A stretch of DNA of 64,000 bases from an uncultured Nitrososphaerota archaeon (GTDB taxonomy: Archaea; Thermoproteota; Nitrososphaeria; Nitrososphaerales; CADDZS01): assembly GCA_963799845.1 (NCBI GenBank), contig CAWCYI010000006.1, positions 320,001 to 384,000 of the forward strand. Reading direction: 5' to 3'. This document shows, piece after piece, positions 31,316-42,225 of the stretch. The position numbers were made by a program, and so were the translations under genes. The notes beneath the pieces are model-generated. The model did no database searches, was not told the DNA's origin, and saw only the letters and a program-made list of their open reading frames with translations. The stretch's first letter is position 1. Each line of letters begins with the position of its first letter.

Positions 31316-32040
31316 CTAGGTCTTGATTTCTGATAAGGAGATCCTATCGGGTATCTCTTCATAGTCCTCTTTGTATTCTGCAATCATGTGGTTGTAAAAT
31401 CGCTCGAAGCATTCGGGCATTTCATACGAGCATACAACTTCAGCTCTCCCAGTGTAGAATTGCTCCAGTTTCCCTTCATATTCGTCAAATGTGAATTGGA
31501 CAGTGCCCTCGGGCTTTCTCCAAGCATGAATTTTGACAATCTCGTCGTCGATTCGAATGCCAGCCATCTCCCCCGATGCGGAGTGGCCCTCCACAAGCGA
31601 GGCGCTTAGCTTGAACTCGTCCGCCCTCGGCTTGTACTTATCCGACCTCGTGAAATACACCCCGTCGCTCGCGGCAGCGCCTCCGGGCGCGGTGTTACCC
31701 CTTACGATGCACGCATCGATTGATACACTTCCCGTTCCAGTATTTAGTCCCGCGAAGGCCTTCTCAATAGCGATTCCCGCCCCATGGCCGAGCGAACTTT
31801 TTTTTCAACTATGAAATTCCGGAGCGACAGCGTGGCATTGTGGCTGCAGGGTTCCCATTAGGGATGCGCTCCATCCTCGGTCGAGTCTGAAGAGCACGAG
31901 TAAATGCCGCCTCCCATGCCCGCCCGCGGCCGCCCTTCAGGAATGATTCTGTTTCCGGCGACTTGCAATACCCCCCCTCCAGCGAACATGTCCGCGTTGT
32001 TGAGCGAGATGCCTCCACCGACGGAAAGACACACACCTTC
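31316..32040 (-). pseudogene. Broken beta-helix/GGxI-repeat surface-protein fragment joined to an unrelated C-terminal ORF
   Basis: GGGISL, GGGVL, GGGIY, GAGIAIE, SIDACIVRGNTA across stops and frameshifts; visibly GC-richer than its flanks. Confidence 0.5.
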
Positions 32041-32388
32041 CCCCGACGGAAAGACTTCGCCCTTGATAACGAGGTTCTTTCGCGCAAACTTGATCACGGT
32101 CTGAACTATTTTCTTTTTTGACAATTGGTATCGCGCTTTCTGATCGTTTTCGTTAAGGTCGTTAAACCATTCTTGACTGACTACTTGTAGGACGATTCGA
32201 GCCTGCAATCCAGTCTCCGGAGCTTTTGAGAGAAGGGACAGAATGGGCAGCTCGCAGGCGCTACAAACGGGCGCCCTTGAATTTACACGGGTGATGATTT
32301 TGATTCGTTTAGTCCGACGGCGTTTCAATAACTTTTGACTCTCATTACCTTGAGTCCACTCACTTTCAATTAATTGAAGTTCAGTCAT
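32041..32388 (-). pseudogene. Truncated Mrr N-terminal (winged-helix) domain gene
   Basis: LPILSLL...LNENDQ...IKFARKNLVIKGEV resembles Mrr_N; the frame then runs into the foreign GC-rich fragment. Confidence 0.5.
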
Positions 32389-33005
32389 TCCTTGATTTCA
32401 AGACATGCGACAGAACCGAGTGTTTCAATTAGTCTTGTCGTCTGCAAAGAGAGACGGTTTAGTCTGCGATTTGGTAGGAAAGCGGACGGAATCAAGCAAA
32501 CGATAAGGGAATTTTAAAGGTGTGGATCATGAAGTTGAACCTTTCACTAGGCGGGACAGATTACAGAAACGAAATCGAATTACAGAATTCAGGATGTTAC
32601 TGAAAGTTTCGTTCAACATACGTTGCCATTAGTCGCGATTCCAGAAATTAATCCATGAACAATAACAAAGAGGAATGCACCTCAGCATACGGTACATATC
32701 CCTGCTCCCATTTTGAAATGAGACATAGGGCAAGGGCAGTTCATCTACTTTATCGTGCGGTGAGGCATCTTCTTACCCGAACCAGTTTGAACAAATGATA
32801 TTTCGTGATCTTCGTTAGATATCGCGTCCAGAAGGACTTTATTAGCGGAGCCAAGGCAGGCTGAATGCCTTATACAAACTGAAAACGATAGTGCAGAATA
32901 AATAAATGTGTAACCGGAGAACTTTTCTCGAAAATACCATTTAGAGGTATTCTTCTAGAAATCGCTCCTCATTATTGATACATTATTACCCGGAGATCTG
33001 ATCTT

Positions 33006-33671
33006 GTGACTGAAATCCATCTTTTTGACATCTATAGAAGCGCAAATATAGGAATCTTCCTGAAAGCTAATGAAAAATTCTGTCTCGTCCCCCACGGGCT
33101 TGCAATGACGAAAAGGGACAAGATTAACGAGTTGCTCCATGTCCAGACGATTCCATCATCAGTGGCGGGGTCGAGGCTGCTGGGCCCGCTCGCCGCCATA
33201 AACAGTCACGGAATGATTATCTCAAGACTTTCGGATGACGAAGAAGTCAGGCAATTGGTCGCATCGACCGGGCTGAACGTATTAAAGCTCGAGTCTAGAT
33301 TTACATCCGTTGGCAATTTGATTTCCGCGAACGACCATGGCGCCATTATTTCTGATGTTTTCAGTGAGGAATCTGCCAATGAGGTTGAAAGGGTCCTAGA
33401 AGTCCCGGTGAAAAGGATGAGGATTGGCTCATTCATACAGGTGGGAGCAATGATCGCGGCGACGAACTCTGGAATTCTTGTTCATCCCGCCGCTTCCGAG
33501 TCCGAAATCAATGTGATTCGCGAGATAATGGGCTTCGAACCCGAACCAGCTACGGTCAACGGAGGAGTCCCTTTTGTCAGTTCGGGTCTGGTCGGAAACA
33601 GCGCAGTTGTACTTGTCGGAGCTCAGACCAGGGGCTCCGAGCTGATAATCCTAGGAAGAGCTTTTTCCTGA
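33006..33671 (+). CDS. eif6: Translation initiation factor aIF-6
   Basis: NIGIF.KAN, VAGSRLLG, GNLISANDHGA, ATVNGGVPFV. Confidence 0.93.
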   Translation: MTEIHLFDIYRSANIGIFLKANEKFCLVPHGLAMTKRDKINELLHVQTIPSSVAGSRLLGPLAAINSHGMIISRLSDDEEVRQLVASTGLNVLKLESRFTSVGNLISANDHGAIISDVFSEESANEVERVLEVPVKRMRIGSFIQVGAMIAATNSGILVHPAASESEINVIREIMGFEPEPATVNGGVPFVSSGLVGNSAVVLVGAQTRGSELIILGRAFS

Positions 33672-33734
33672 GAAAGCATAAATCATCCAACATGAATGTC
33701 TGGACTTTGCCCTATTGCACAAGTGTTTTCTAAA

Positions 33735-34196
33735 TTGAGTAAGCAAAATCTTCCAATATACCGACCAGAGAAGGAGATTACAGAAGAGCAGGCAGAGCAG
33801 CAGCTAAACCAATTGGTTTCGGAAATTCGAACGCTGGAAGCTTACTATAACGAAATAGTGTCGAGGATGCAAGCTGCCTCCAATGGGCTAACTGAATTCA
33901 GAGCTGCTATCCAGGCAGTTGATACTCTTAACCAGGGTCAGAAGAACGACTTGCTGATACCGATCGGCGGTGGCCTTTTGCTCCCCGTCCCCGAGGTCGA
34001 AACAAGGCGGGTTATCCTCAGCGTTGGATCCGGAGTCGCTATTGAGAAGGATCTCGACTCTGCAAAAGCTTTCCTGCAGGCGCGAGAGAAGGAGTTAGAG
34101 AGAGCGGTCAGTGCCCTTGAACAACAGCGGAGAGAAATCGGATCTCGCCTTGAATCGAGAAAGGCCGTTTTGCAACAGCTAACCGGCCAGAGCTAA
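33735..34196 (+). CDS. pfdA: Prefoldin alpha subunit
   Basis: Coiled coils flanking LIPIGGG...ILSVGSGVAIEKD; conserved position after aIF-6. Confidence 0.9.
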   Translation: MSKQNLPIYRPEKEITEEQAEQQLNQLVSEIRTLEAYYNEIVSRMQAASNGLTEFRAAIQAVDTLNQGQKNDLLIPIGGGLLLPVPEVETRRVILSVGSGVAIEKDLDSAKAFLQAREKELERAVSALEQQRREIGSRLESRKAVLQQLTGQS

Positions 34197-34224
34197 TGCC
34201 GATCTCAGCCCGGGGGCTCCTATC

Positions 34225-35152
34225 TTGTTTGACAAGTTAAAGTCAGCCCTGGGATCGCTCACAAAAATCGCGACTCACACCACACTTTCTGGCGAGGATA
34301 TTGACTCCTTTCTATGGGATTTCGAGGTCGCGCTAATCGAGAGTGACGTGGCTTCTGAGGCGATAGACAGTCTGACCTCCAATTTGAGAAAGAATCTTGT
34401 CGGAATGAAGATCCCGAGGTCTGAAGACCGGGAAAAATTCGTCCTCAACGAGCTGAAAGTCCGCGATCCGCGAAACTTTTTCAAAAACCAAAAATATCGA
34501 TATAATTCAACTCGCAAAGTCCAAAGCTGCGCAAAACAGGAAAGATCATTCGGGGCCGTTCGTAATTCTTTTTCTTGGAATCAATGGGGTCGGCAAGACT
34601 ACTACAGTCGCGAAGTTCGTGCGCTTACTTGAGAAAAACAAGCTTTCGGCCGTTGTGGCCGCCGCGGATACCCACAGGGCAGGTGCGATAGAGCAACTTA
34701 CTGAACACGCAAACCGCTTGAAGGTGAAGGCAATCGCCCAGTCGTATGGATCAGACCCTGCCGCTGTTGCCAAGGATGCCCAGCTCTATGCCTCAGCTCA
34801 TGGAACCGACGTCGTAATCATCGATACTGCTGGAAGGATCCAGACGAGCAGGAATCTTATGGAAGAGATGTCCAAGATTGTCAGAGTGGTAAAGCCAGAC
34901 GTCAAGATATTTGTTGGAGACTCGCTTGCAGGGAACGATGCAATTTCGCAGGCAAAAGAATTTCTCAGATACACAGATTTTGATGCAGCGATTCTAACAA
35001 AGGCGGACGCAGATGTGAAGGGCGGCGCAGCTCTTTCGATCGCGTATGTAACCCAGCGTCCGATTTTGTATCTTGGAGTAGGTCAGGACTATGACGACCT
35101 CGCGCCTTTCAATCTGGATGAGTTCATTGATTCTCTGTTCGAAAAGAGCTAA
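34225..35152 (+). CDS. ftsY: SRP receptor FtsY (indel near 34458)
   Basis: MFDKLK, LIESDVA, GINGVGKTTT, DTHRAGA, DTAGR, TKADADVKGG, GVGQDYDDL. Confidence 0.95.
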
Positions 35153-35982
35153 ACTAGTACTTTTTCCAGCCCGAAATCGTTTAAAATTTTGAGGACAGTT
35201 TCTTTGAACTTTCCAAGACCCTTTGCATCCACCAGTGAAGTCTCAATTTTCTGATCGCTTTTCTCCAAAATTTGCTCGAGAAGTTTGGGAGTAAAATGCG
35301 ATAATGCATACTTTGGAATTATCGGTCCCAGAGCAAAGTCTGAATCGAAAATAAGTTTGTTTAGTTTTTCTGGATAATGAGTCCCGCCGATGCCTATAGC
35401 GCATTTTGAGTATGTTTTTTTGGAATCAATTGTCGCCATTAGTGCCCGCGAGATCACAGAGGCACTCTTCATGTCGATCCATTGGGTTTCGGTCGAGCCT
35501 AGTTCGACGAACATTACCGGTGACTTGAGAGATGTCGGGCCGTGGTGCGTTGCCTCTAAGGTGAGATTGTAAATCGGGTCAATTTCCGAACGAAGAGAAT
35601 TAAGAGCCACAAGGTAGTTCTTGAGCAGAGACGGAGAAAACCTAGCTATCTCACTCGGATTGCCTCCAAATTCTGCCGCTCCGAAGTTTCCCGTGAAATG
35701 TGCTGTTAGACTTGGGATTCCGCTTTCTGCCCTATGCCTCGAAATGAAAACGAATCGGCAGTCATGAAACTGATCGTCCAAATTATCTACGTAAACGATA
35801 TCGCGTCTAGAACTGATAAGAATCAATTCTGTCCCGATGACGTAGGTGGGACTTCCATCGAAATAGAAATCAGCTTCTCTGAAGGAATATTGTTCTAACA
35901 GTCTTTCTCTGATATTGGTTCCAGCGCGGTCGTTAAGAGAGCACACCAGTATAGTTTTCATTGATGCGAAATTTTCCCCCAC
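35149..35982 (-). CDS. dtdA: D-aminoacyl-tRNA deacylase
   Basis: SRH, LTAHFTGN, EATHHGPT, FVELGS, GGTHY. Confidence 0.92.
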   Translation of the reverse strand: MGENFASMKTILVCSLNDRAGTNIRERLLEQYSFREADFYFDGSPTYVIGTELILISSRRDIVYVDNLDDQFHDCRFVFISRHRAESGIPSLTAHFTGNFGAAEFGGNPSEIARFSPSLLKNYLVALNSLRSEIDPIYNLTLEATHHGPTSLKSPVMFVELGSTETQWIDMKSASVISRALMATIDSKKTYSKCAIGIGGTHYPEKLNKLIFDSDFALGPIIPKYALSHFTPKLLEQILEKSDQKIETSLVDAKGLGKFKETVLKILNDFGLEKVLV

Positions 35983-36000
35983 TCTGTCACAAGTCTGAGG

Positions 36001-36316
36001 TCACAAGTTTATCTTCTGATCATCAATCCGCGATTTCGCGAGTTTGGCATAAGCACTGTGGATGTCGAACCCACGAACCTCCTGTCGATAACCGTCCAAC
36101 AAAAACCACTTTCACAAGTCACTCTGAAAGCTTCACTAAAGGCGTTTAGCATATGAAATAGATACTCTTCCAGAACAGCTTTCAGATCTCCTCTACACCA
36201 GCCTCGTTTCTCGATATGGTTTTCATAATTTATGGCATTAATTAGGAAGGCGAAGCAGCTCTAAGCTTCACAACGCCTCCTCTCAGCGGAATTTTGAGAA
36301 CGCAATTAAGAATCTG
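36001..36316 (-). pseudogene. Decayed, internally deleted N4/N6 DNA methyltransferase
   Basis: IPLRGGVVKLRAASPS* (like SVDLIVTSPPY), NAINY...EEYLFHMLNAFSEAFRV..GFCWTVID, then GFDIHSAYAKLAKSRI in another frame. Confidence 0.6.
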
Positions 36317-36458
36317 ATTGAACGCATCGTCCGAAGAGACCAATTCTGACAAGCCTTCATCCTTGAACTATTTACGAATTGAGAGATCAGATGGCATCAG
36401 AGGCAAACGTAAATATAATGACCGCGCATATTTGTTGGAATTATCAGGGATTTGTGCA

Positions 36459-36701
36459 ATGGGCATAGGTAAGATGCTTACCGCAACGTGGAGAACTCTC
36501 AAGCTTACTCGGAAATCTGATCGAGAAGAGTTCTTTCTTTATTTGAAGCTTGTTTTCCTCGGTTTTGGTATTGTCGGGGTTATAGGATTCATAATTTACT
36601 TCATTGCTTCGGAGATCGAGCTGATTGCGGGAGTAGCAAACGCAAATGCTTCTGGTGCCACTCCGGCGATCTTGTTCCATCTCCTGAGTGGAGTGTTATA
36701 A
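36459..36701 (+). CDS. secE: Protein translocase SecE/Sec61-gamma
   Basis: WRTLKLTRKSDREEF followed by a TM helix; lies upstream of spt5. Confidence 0.88.
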   Translation: MGIGKMLTATWRTLKLTRKSDREEFFLYLKLVFLGFGIVGVIGFIIYFIASEIELIAGVANANASGATPAILFHLLSGVL

Positions 36702-36702
36702 T

Positions 36703-37198
36703 TTGTCCCAGACTCTCTCGACCCGTATATTCGCTGTGAAGACGACCGGGGGTCAGGAAAAAACCGTAGCGAAATTTGTCGGGGATCGTCTGGAGAAAAA
36801 AAAGCAGGAGGGCAAAGAGTCGCAGGTATATTCAATTCTAGTTCTAGAAGCTCAAAAGAGTCTATGTCTTCTTCGAGGCGCCCAACGCCCAAGCGGTTTC
36901 AGACGCAATATCTGGCTTCAAACATGTTAAGGGCATGGTACCGGGTTACATCCAGTTCTCCGATATCGAGAAGTTTCTTGTCGACAAATCGATAATTTCG
37001 GACGTCGGAGTCGGCGATGTCATCGAAATAGTTGCGGGACCTTTCAAAGGAATGAAAGCGAAAATAAACAGGGTAGAGCCTCAGAGATCAGAGGTCACTG
37101 TAATGTTACTCGACGCTCCATATCAGTTGCCTGTGACAGTTGATGTTGGTTTCATCAAGATAATCAGCAGAGCGACTTCAGTATCGACGATTTCCTGA
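36703..37198 (+). CDS. spt5: Transcription elongation factor Spt5 (indel near 36860)
   Basis: FAVKTTGGQE NGN domain, YVFFEA after the shift, KOW motif EIVAGPFKG. Confidence 0.93.
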
Positions 37199-37279
37199 AG
37201 CAAATACTCGAAAGCCCAATAACTCTTTTAAGGTATCACGAGAGAGGAATTTTTCCTTACGTAACAGAAGCGATCCTAA

Positions 37280-37765
37280 ATGCCAGAGACTAAAACCGTT
37301 TCAGCTCTTGTTGTTGGCGGAGAAGCTACAGCTGGACCTCCCCTCGGACCTGCTTTGGGTCCACTCGGAGTCAACGTCATGGCCATTGTCAAAGAAATCA
37401 ATGAACTTACCAAGGATTATGCTGGAATGCGCGTACCGGTCAAGGTGAACGTTGAGACTGAGACCAAAAAATTCACCGTTGAAGTGGGAATTCCGACTGT
37501 GTCAGCGTTAATTGTCAAGGAATCGGGTGTTGCAAAGGGATCGGCGACTCCGAAGACAGCCCCTGCGGGCAATTTGACAGTTGAAAAGTTGATAAAAATT
37601 GCCAAGGCGAAGATTGCCCAATCATACGGCTCGACCACAAGATCTGTTGCCAAAGAGGTGGCTGGGTCTTGTCTTAGCATGGGAATTACGATCGAGGGCA
37701 AGTCAGCGGCGGATTTCCAGCGTGAAGTTGATGAAAATAAATGGGACGAGGCTTTCGAAGCCTGA
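37280..37765 (+). CDS. rpl11: 50S ribosomal protein L11
   Basis: GGEATAGPPLGPALGPLG, GSCLSMG. Confidence 0.97.
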   Translation: MPETKTVSALVVGGEATAGPPLGPALGPLGVNVMAIVKEINELTKDYAGMRVPVKVNVETETKKFTVEVGIPTVSALIVKESGVAKGSATPKTAPAGNLTVEKLIKIAKAKIAQSYGSTTRSVAKEVAGSCLSMGITIEGKSAADFQREVDENKWDEAFEA

Positions 37766-37813
37766 CTCGAGGATTGTTTCAAATTTCGTAAATTGATACC
37801 GAGGATGTTATGA

Positions 37814-38473
37814 TTGCTCACCAAAGCTCAGATTCAACAACAGGTTGCAAAAGCTCGCTCCGAGGATTATCACAAGAGGAACTTTCAGCAGTCCTTCGAA
37901 TTGATTCTTACTCTCAAGGATATTGATGTTAAGAAGCTCGATCTAAATGTCAACGAGGTAGTTTTTCTTCCAAACAAACTTTCTGAGGAGGCCAAGGTCT
38001 GTGTTTTTGCAGCAGGCGATAACGCTGTTCGGGCTCAAAAAGCGGGCGCCGACAGGGTTATTGAAGCCGGAGAGTTGGACAGGCTGGCCTCCGAAAAAAG
38101 ATCGGCGAAAAAATTAGCCCGAGAATACCAGTTCTTCCTCGCTGATACTGGATTAATGCCGAAAATTGGTAGAATTCTTGGTCAATTCTTGGGACCAAAG
38201 GGCAGGATGCCTACTCCTGTTCCTCCGGCTGCACCCCTTGAATCTATGCTGATCAGATACCGAACTGCAGTAAGGGTGAAAGCTCGCGGTTCCCTCAGCG
38301 TTGCCGGGAAAATTGGAGATGAAACTCTCGACGACGGCAAGGTTGCCGAAAATGCTCTCGCCGTCATAGGCCAAGTTGAGAGAAAGCTTCCAAACGGCGA
38401 GAAGAACATTCACTCATTGCTGGTCAAAAAGACCATGGGCAAAGTAACCAAGGTCAGAATGGTGGAAGGTTAA
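37814..38473 (+). CDS. rpl1: 50S ribosomal protein L1
   Basis: KRNFQQS, LGPKGRMP, KKTMG. Confidence 0.97.
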   Translation: MLTKAQIQQQVAKARSEDYHKRNFQQSFELILTLKDIDVKKLDLNVNEVVFLPNKLSEEAKVCVFAAGDNAVRAQKAGADRVIEAGELDRLASEKRSAKKLAREYQFFLADTGLMPKIGRILGQFLGPKGRMPTPVPPAAPLESMLIRYRTAVRVKARGSLSVAGKIGDETLDDGKVAENALAVIGQVERKLPNGEKNIHSLLVKKTMGKVTKVRMVEG

Positions 38474-38479
38474 TTTCGA

Positions 38480-39379
38480 ATGAGTAAGCAACAATTGTTC
38501 TCTGAAGCGGAGAAACGCACCTCATATCCCAAGAAGAAGGTCGAGACACTCAAATCCGTCGAAGATTTGGCTTCAAAATATGATACAATCATAGTCACGA
38601 AGTTATTCAAGGTCCGCGCTGGCCAGTTGATGCAGCTCAGGAAAAATTACAGAAACGAGCTGGTAATGTTAGTTGCCAAAAACAAGATAGCCTCTCTCGC
38701 GCTCAAGAATGCGGGGATTGGGAATTACGATCAATTCGCCCCCCGACTGGATGGACAGAACGCCCTCATTTTTACAAATATGAATCCGTTCAAGCTTTAC
38801 CTTTCCCTGGAAAAAGGGAAGGTCAACCTCCCCGCTCGGGCTGGAGATGTCGCGACGGAGGAAATCATAGTTCCCGCGGGCAATACTGGCATTCCTCCGG
38901 GTCCCGTCTTGTCGGAGTTCAAGGAGGCAAACGTTGCGACCCGAATCGAATCTGGGAGCATCTACGTATCCAGAGATTCCGTCGTCGCTCACCCAGGCGA
39001 TGTAATTTCTCCAAAACTGTCAGGTCTGTTATCTCGTCTAAATCTAAAACCGATCAAAGCCGGTCTATCGATATTCATGGCTTCTTCTGGCGGATTACTG
39101 CTGCTGCAAAAGGACATTACCATCGATCTGAATCAGTATAGATCGGATATTGCCAGAGCTGCCGCCGAAGCAATGTCTTTGGCCATCGAAGCGGCGTATC
39201 CCACACCCGAGACTCTTCCGGCACTCATATCGAAAGCATCTAGAAATGCTCTCGAATTGGCGAAAGAATCTGGATTCATTACCGCCGATGACGCGGAATA
39301 TGTCCTCGGCTTTGCGGAGTCGCAAGCCAAGGCGCTCCTGGCCGCAGCCAAACAAAAGGGATTCACTGAGAGCGGCTAA
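38480..39379 (+). CDS. rpl10: 50S ribosomal protein L10 (P0)
   Basis: VAKN, NMNPFKL, PAGNTGIPPGP. Confidence 0.96.
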   Translation: MSKQQLFSEAEKRTSYPKKKVETLKSVEDLASKYDTIIVTKLFKVRAGQLMQLRKNYRNELVMLVAKNKIASLALKNAGIGNYDQFAPRLDGQNALIFTNMNPFKLYLSLEKGKVNLPARAGDVATEEIIVPAGNTGIPPGPVLSEFKEANVATRIESGSIYVSRDSVVAHPGDVISPKLSGLLSRLNLKPIKAGLSIFMASSGGLLLLQKDITIDLNQYRSDIARAAAEAMSLAIEAAYPTPETLPALISKASRNALELAKESGFITADDAEYVLGFAESQAKALLAAAKQKGFTESG

Positions 39380-39462
39380 TCGCAAAACCATAATTCTTAT
39401 GGTTGCGAACACTTGCAGCGATTTTCGCGGTACTCTATATTATTAGCAAGCCCCGCGGATTC

Positions 39463-40500
39463 TGTCTCTTATCAAACAATTATTTCGCTCCATAGTCAAC
39501 AAGGTTAGGCTGGGGGACTATTGGAGGAGCATCTGGAAGAAGCATGGCTATGGGTCAAGAAAGCTTTCAGAGGAAAAGGTGGTGTGGGTGGTCAAGGCTA
39601 GAGAGAGCGGCCTTGCAGCCAGGGATATCGCATCAACCCAGAACATCACCGTGAGAAGAGTGGAGCAGCTTTATGCCCAATACAGGGAATCCGGAGAGAT
39701 ACCATCTCTCAAGAAGGCAGGCAGAAAAAGAATCGAGATCCCAATTGAGGAGAGGAATGCGATCATCGAAGCTTCAAGGAAGTTTGGCGTCGGAGCCTGC
39801 TACCTCGTTTCAATCCTCAAGAGAGATTACGGCATCGATGAAACAAACCACATGCGAGTCTATAGCGTATTGAAGGAGGAAGGATTGTTGTACAATACAG
39901 CAAGGACGCGCTTCAAGCGCAAGTGGATCAGATATGAAAGGGAGCATTCCAATTCGTTGTGGCACGTCGATTGGCACGAGATGAAATCGTCAGTATACAG
40001 GGGCAAGTGGCTGGTAATCTACGAGGATGACGCATCGAGGTACATCCTGGGTTATGGCGTGTTTGACTCTCCGTCGTCTGAAAATGCAGTGAGCGTCCTG
40101 AAGGAAGCGATCAGGGAACATGGCAGACCAGCATCAATCCTCTCAGACAGAGGTACATCCTTCTATGCGGTCGAAGCTGAAACAAAAACGAAAGGTCTCA
40201 CTGAATTCGAGCTCTATCTGATGAGGAATCACATCAAACATATTCTTTCAAGAGTGAGACATCCCCAAACCAATGGAAAATTGGAGAAGCTCTTTGATAC
40301 GGTTGAAAGAGGACTCGCGAAGGGATTCTCTCCGATTGAGGAGTGCGTACGCTGGTACAACTGCATCAAGCCCCACGGAGCCCTTGATCTGGAGAGAGCT
40401 GAAACTCCACTGGAAGCCTACTACAGGAAGATGGAAATAAAAGAGGAACTCATAGATCCTTCAATCATGTGGGAGAGCGAAATGATTCTTTGATAGAACA
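39463..40500 (+). mobile_element. IS481-family insertion sequence with 14-bp target duplication
   Basis: Ends TGT...ACA; imperfect TIR TGTCTCTTATCAAACAATTATTTCGCTC vs TGTTCTATCAAAGAATCATTTCGCTC; AGCCCCGCGGATTC at 39449-39462 and 40501-40514. Confidence 0.92.
39579..40493 (+). CDS. IS481-family DDE transposase
   Basis: N-terminal HTH; RYER..NSLWHVD, EDDASR, SDRG, HPQTNGKLEK, WYN..KPH. Confidence 0.93.
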   Translation: MVWVVKARESGLAARDIASTQNITVRRVEQLYAQYRESGEIPSLKKAGRKRIEIPIEERNAIIEASRKFGVGACYLVSILKRDYGIDETNHMRVYSVLKEEGLLYNTARTRFKRKWIRYEREHSNSLWHVDWHEMKSSVYRGKWLVIYEDDASRYILGYGVFDSPSSENAVSVLKEAIREHGRPASILSDRGTSFYAVEAETKTKGLTEFELYLMRNHIKHILSRVRHPQTNGKLEKLFDTVERGLAKGFSPIEECVRWYNCIKPHGALDLERAETPLEAYYRKMEIKEELIDPSIMWESEMIL

Positions 40501-40570
40501 AGCCCCGCGGATTCTGGCATAGCGATAAGTAATCCGAATCCTGTTCCGCAAGCCTTTGTTGTGAGAGCAT

Positions 40571-41810
40571 ATGTTTAGCCAAAAACTCACTGCGTTTTCG
40601 TATGCTCTGAGGACCTCACCGGTCTACGTTGCAGTTTTCTTGATGCGCTTCTCTTTTGCATTTACTGTCGTCGCGATCCAATACATAGTTCCAATCCCGT
40701 ATGAACGGGGAATAATATCCGCCGCTTATCCAATAATGGAAATGCTGACAGGCCTTTCCTTCGGTCTTCTTTCAGATAGAATAGGCAGGAAATGGCTGAT
40801 CGTCGGCGCCTTGTTTTTCTCCTCCGCGATAACTTTCTCCTTCACCCTCACGAGAACTTTTGTACTGCTCGTGCTTATCCATGCATTGCAGGGCATCTGC
40901 GCTGCCGCGATTATCACGTGCACTCTTGCCGCATTAGCTGATATCGCCAAAACGGAGACAAGGGGAAGGGAAATGGGGCTGTATGATTTCTGCACGATCG
41001 GCGGGTATGGTCTTGGTTTTGTTTTTAGCTTGATCATAATCGGAGGGAACGCAGCCAAAGCTCTGGTTCCATTTTATGCCGGGGCAATAATAGCTTTGGT
41101 TGGAGCGATTTTTTCTGCCTTGCTTCTGAAGGATGAAAGCAGATTGTATCAAAGCAAATTTTCCGCGCGGACTTTGGTGAGCGAGATATTCTCGAATCCG
41201 AAATCATTGACTCTGATTGGCACCTGGTTTGTCCTTACAGTTATCATCGGAGTGGGTCTGACCTATACGAGAGAACTTTTTTCGACGTTAATTTCTATCA
41301 GGAGCCTTGGATTGGTGGGAAGGGGCGGCGCGTTGTTGGGTCAGCCCACCAAAATAGGCCTTCTGGTCGCAGTCCTGCTGATTTTTGGCGTTTTGCTTTT
41401 AGGGTTCAGCCAGACTACTCTCGGAAGTCTCTCCGACAAATTCGGAAGATCTCGACTTGTCTTCATAGGCCAAGTTTCAATCCTAGGATTGTTGATAATT
41501 TTGGTACTTTTGTTTCAATTTGATTTGAATAGATACGTGGCGATTCCATTCATCGGTACTGTTCGGGACGGGATTGTTGGCCTTCACCCCGGCCGGACTT
41601 GCCGAACTCGCCGATATCGCGCCTTCTTCTGGAAAGGGATCTATTATGGGAATCTACTCGGTCACTGTCGGAGCCGGAACTGTTTTTGCGCCACTGGCAG
41701 GAGGGTACTTTATCTCGAAATATGGCGCCGCTACGGGTTTCTCAATCCTTTTTTCAATAGGGGTACTGATCATGGTTGCTGTCCTGGTTCGAAGTGTTTC
41801 CGAGAAGTAA
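40571..41810 (+). CDS. MFS transporter (indel near 41555)
   Basis: Motif A twice (GLLSDRIGRK, GSLSDKFGRS); many TM helices. Confidence 0.9.
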
Positions 41811-42225
41811 CGTTCTGAAAATTGTCTTTTACAAGCGCCCTGAGAAACCGGGCAAACTCTTCATCGCTGAAATCTATCACTGAATACATTTCTTCTTTCA
41901 TCGCAATCTTGACTGCGAGTAAGTGGTAGCATTCGGGAATCCTTTCGCTCAGAACTCTGAAATAAAAATCGCTGCACGAGCAGTACGATTTGTCTTGAGA
42001 CTCTAAATCAAGATCAACCAAGAAATCACAATCTCTGCCAACCACGGTCCAAATCGTTCTGCCACTAGGGAGAAAACGATGGAGTTTGACGCTCTGACTT
42101 TCGACTACGTCTCGGGCTTTTCGAACCCTAATCGATTCCATCCGACCCGTATCGCTCGCATTCGTGTCAGGCTTGCGTTCTTCAGTGGATCCTTTCGTGG
42201 GATTCATGTCTTTCGAAATATTCAT
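41770..42225 (-). CDS. SWIM zinc-finger protein
   Basis: IWTVVG, CSCSDFYFR...CYH motif; start uncertain. Confidence 0.75.
   Translation of the reverse strand: MNISKDMNPTKGSTEERKPDTNASDTGRMESIRVRKARDVVESQSVKLHRFLPSGRTIWTVVGRDCDFLVDLDLESQDKSYCSCSDFYFRVLSERIPECYHLLAVKIAMKEEMYSVIDFSDEEFARFLRALVKDNFQNVTSRKHFEPGQQP

Noticed and set aside
36058-36074. tRNA T-arm-like GTGGG-TTCGACA-TCCAC on the minus strand
   Set aside because: No acceptor, D or anticodon arms; better explained as the GFDIH codons of the methyltransferase relic.
34225-37198. Programmed frameshifting in ftsY and spt5 (and in oppD, yyaL, M61, MFS, cyclase, GT)
   Set aside because: Single-base indels are scattered through unrelated and essential genes with no shared slippery motif; sequencing or assembly error is the simpler explanation.
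39380-39462. rpl12 deleted by the IS481 insertion
   Set aside because: The perfect target duplication shows no loss of flanking DNA; rpl12 is probably elsewhere.
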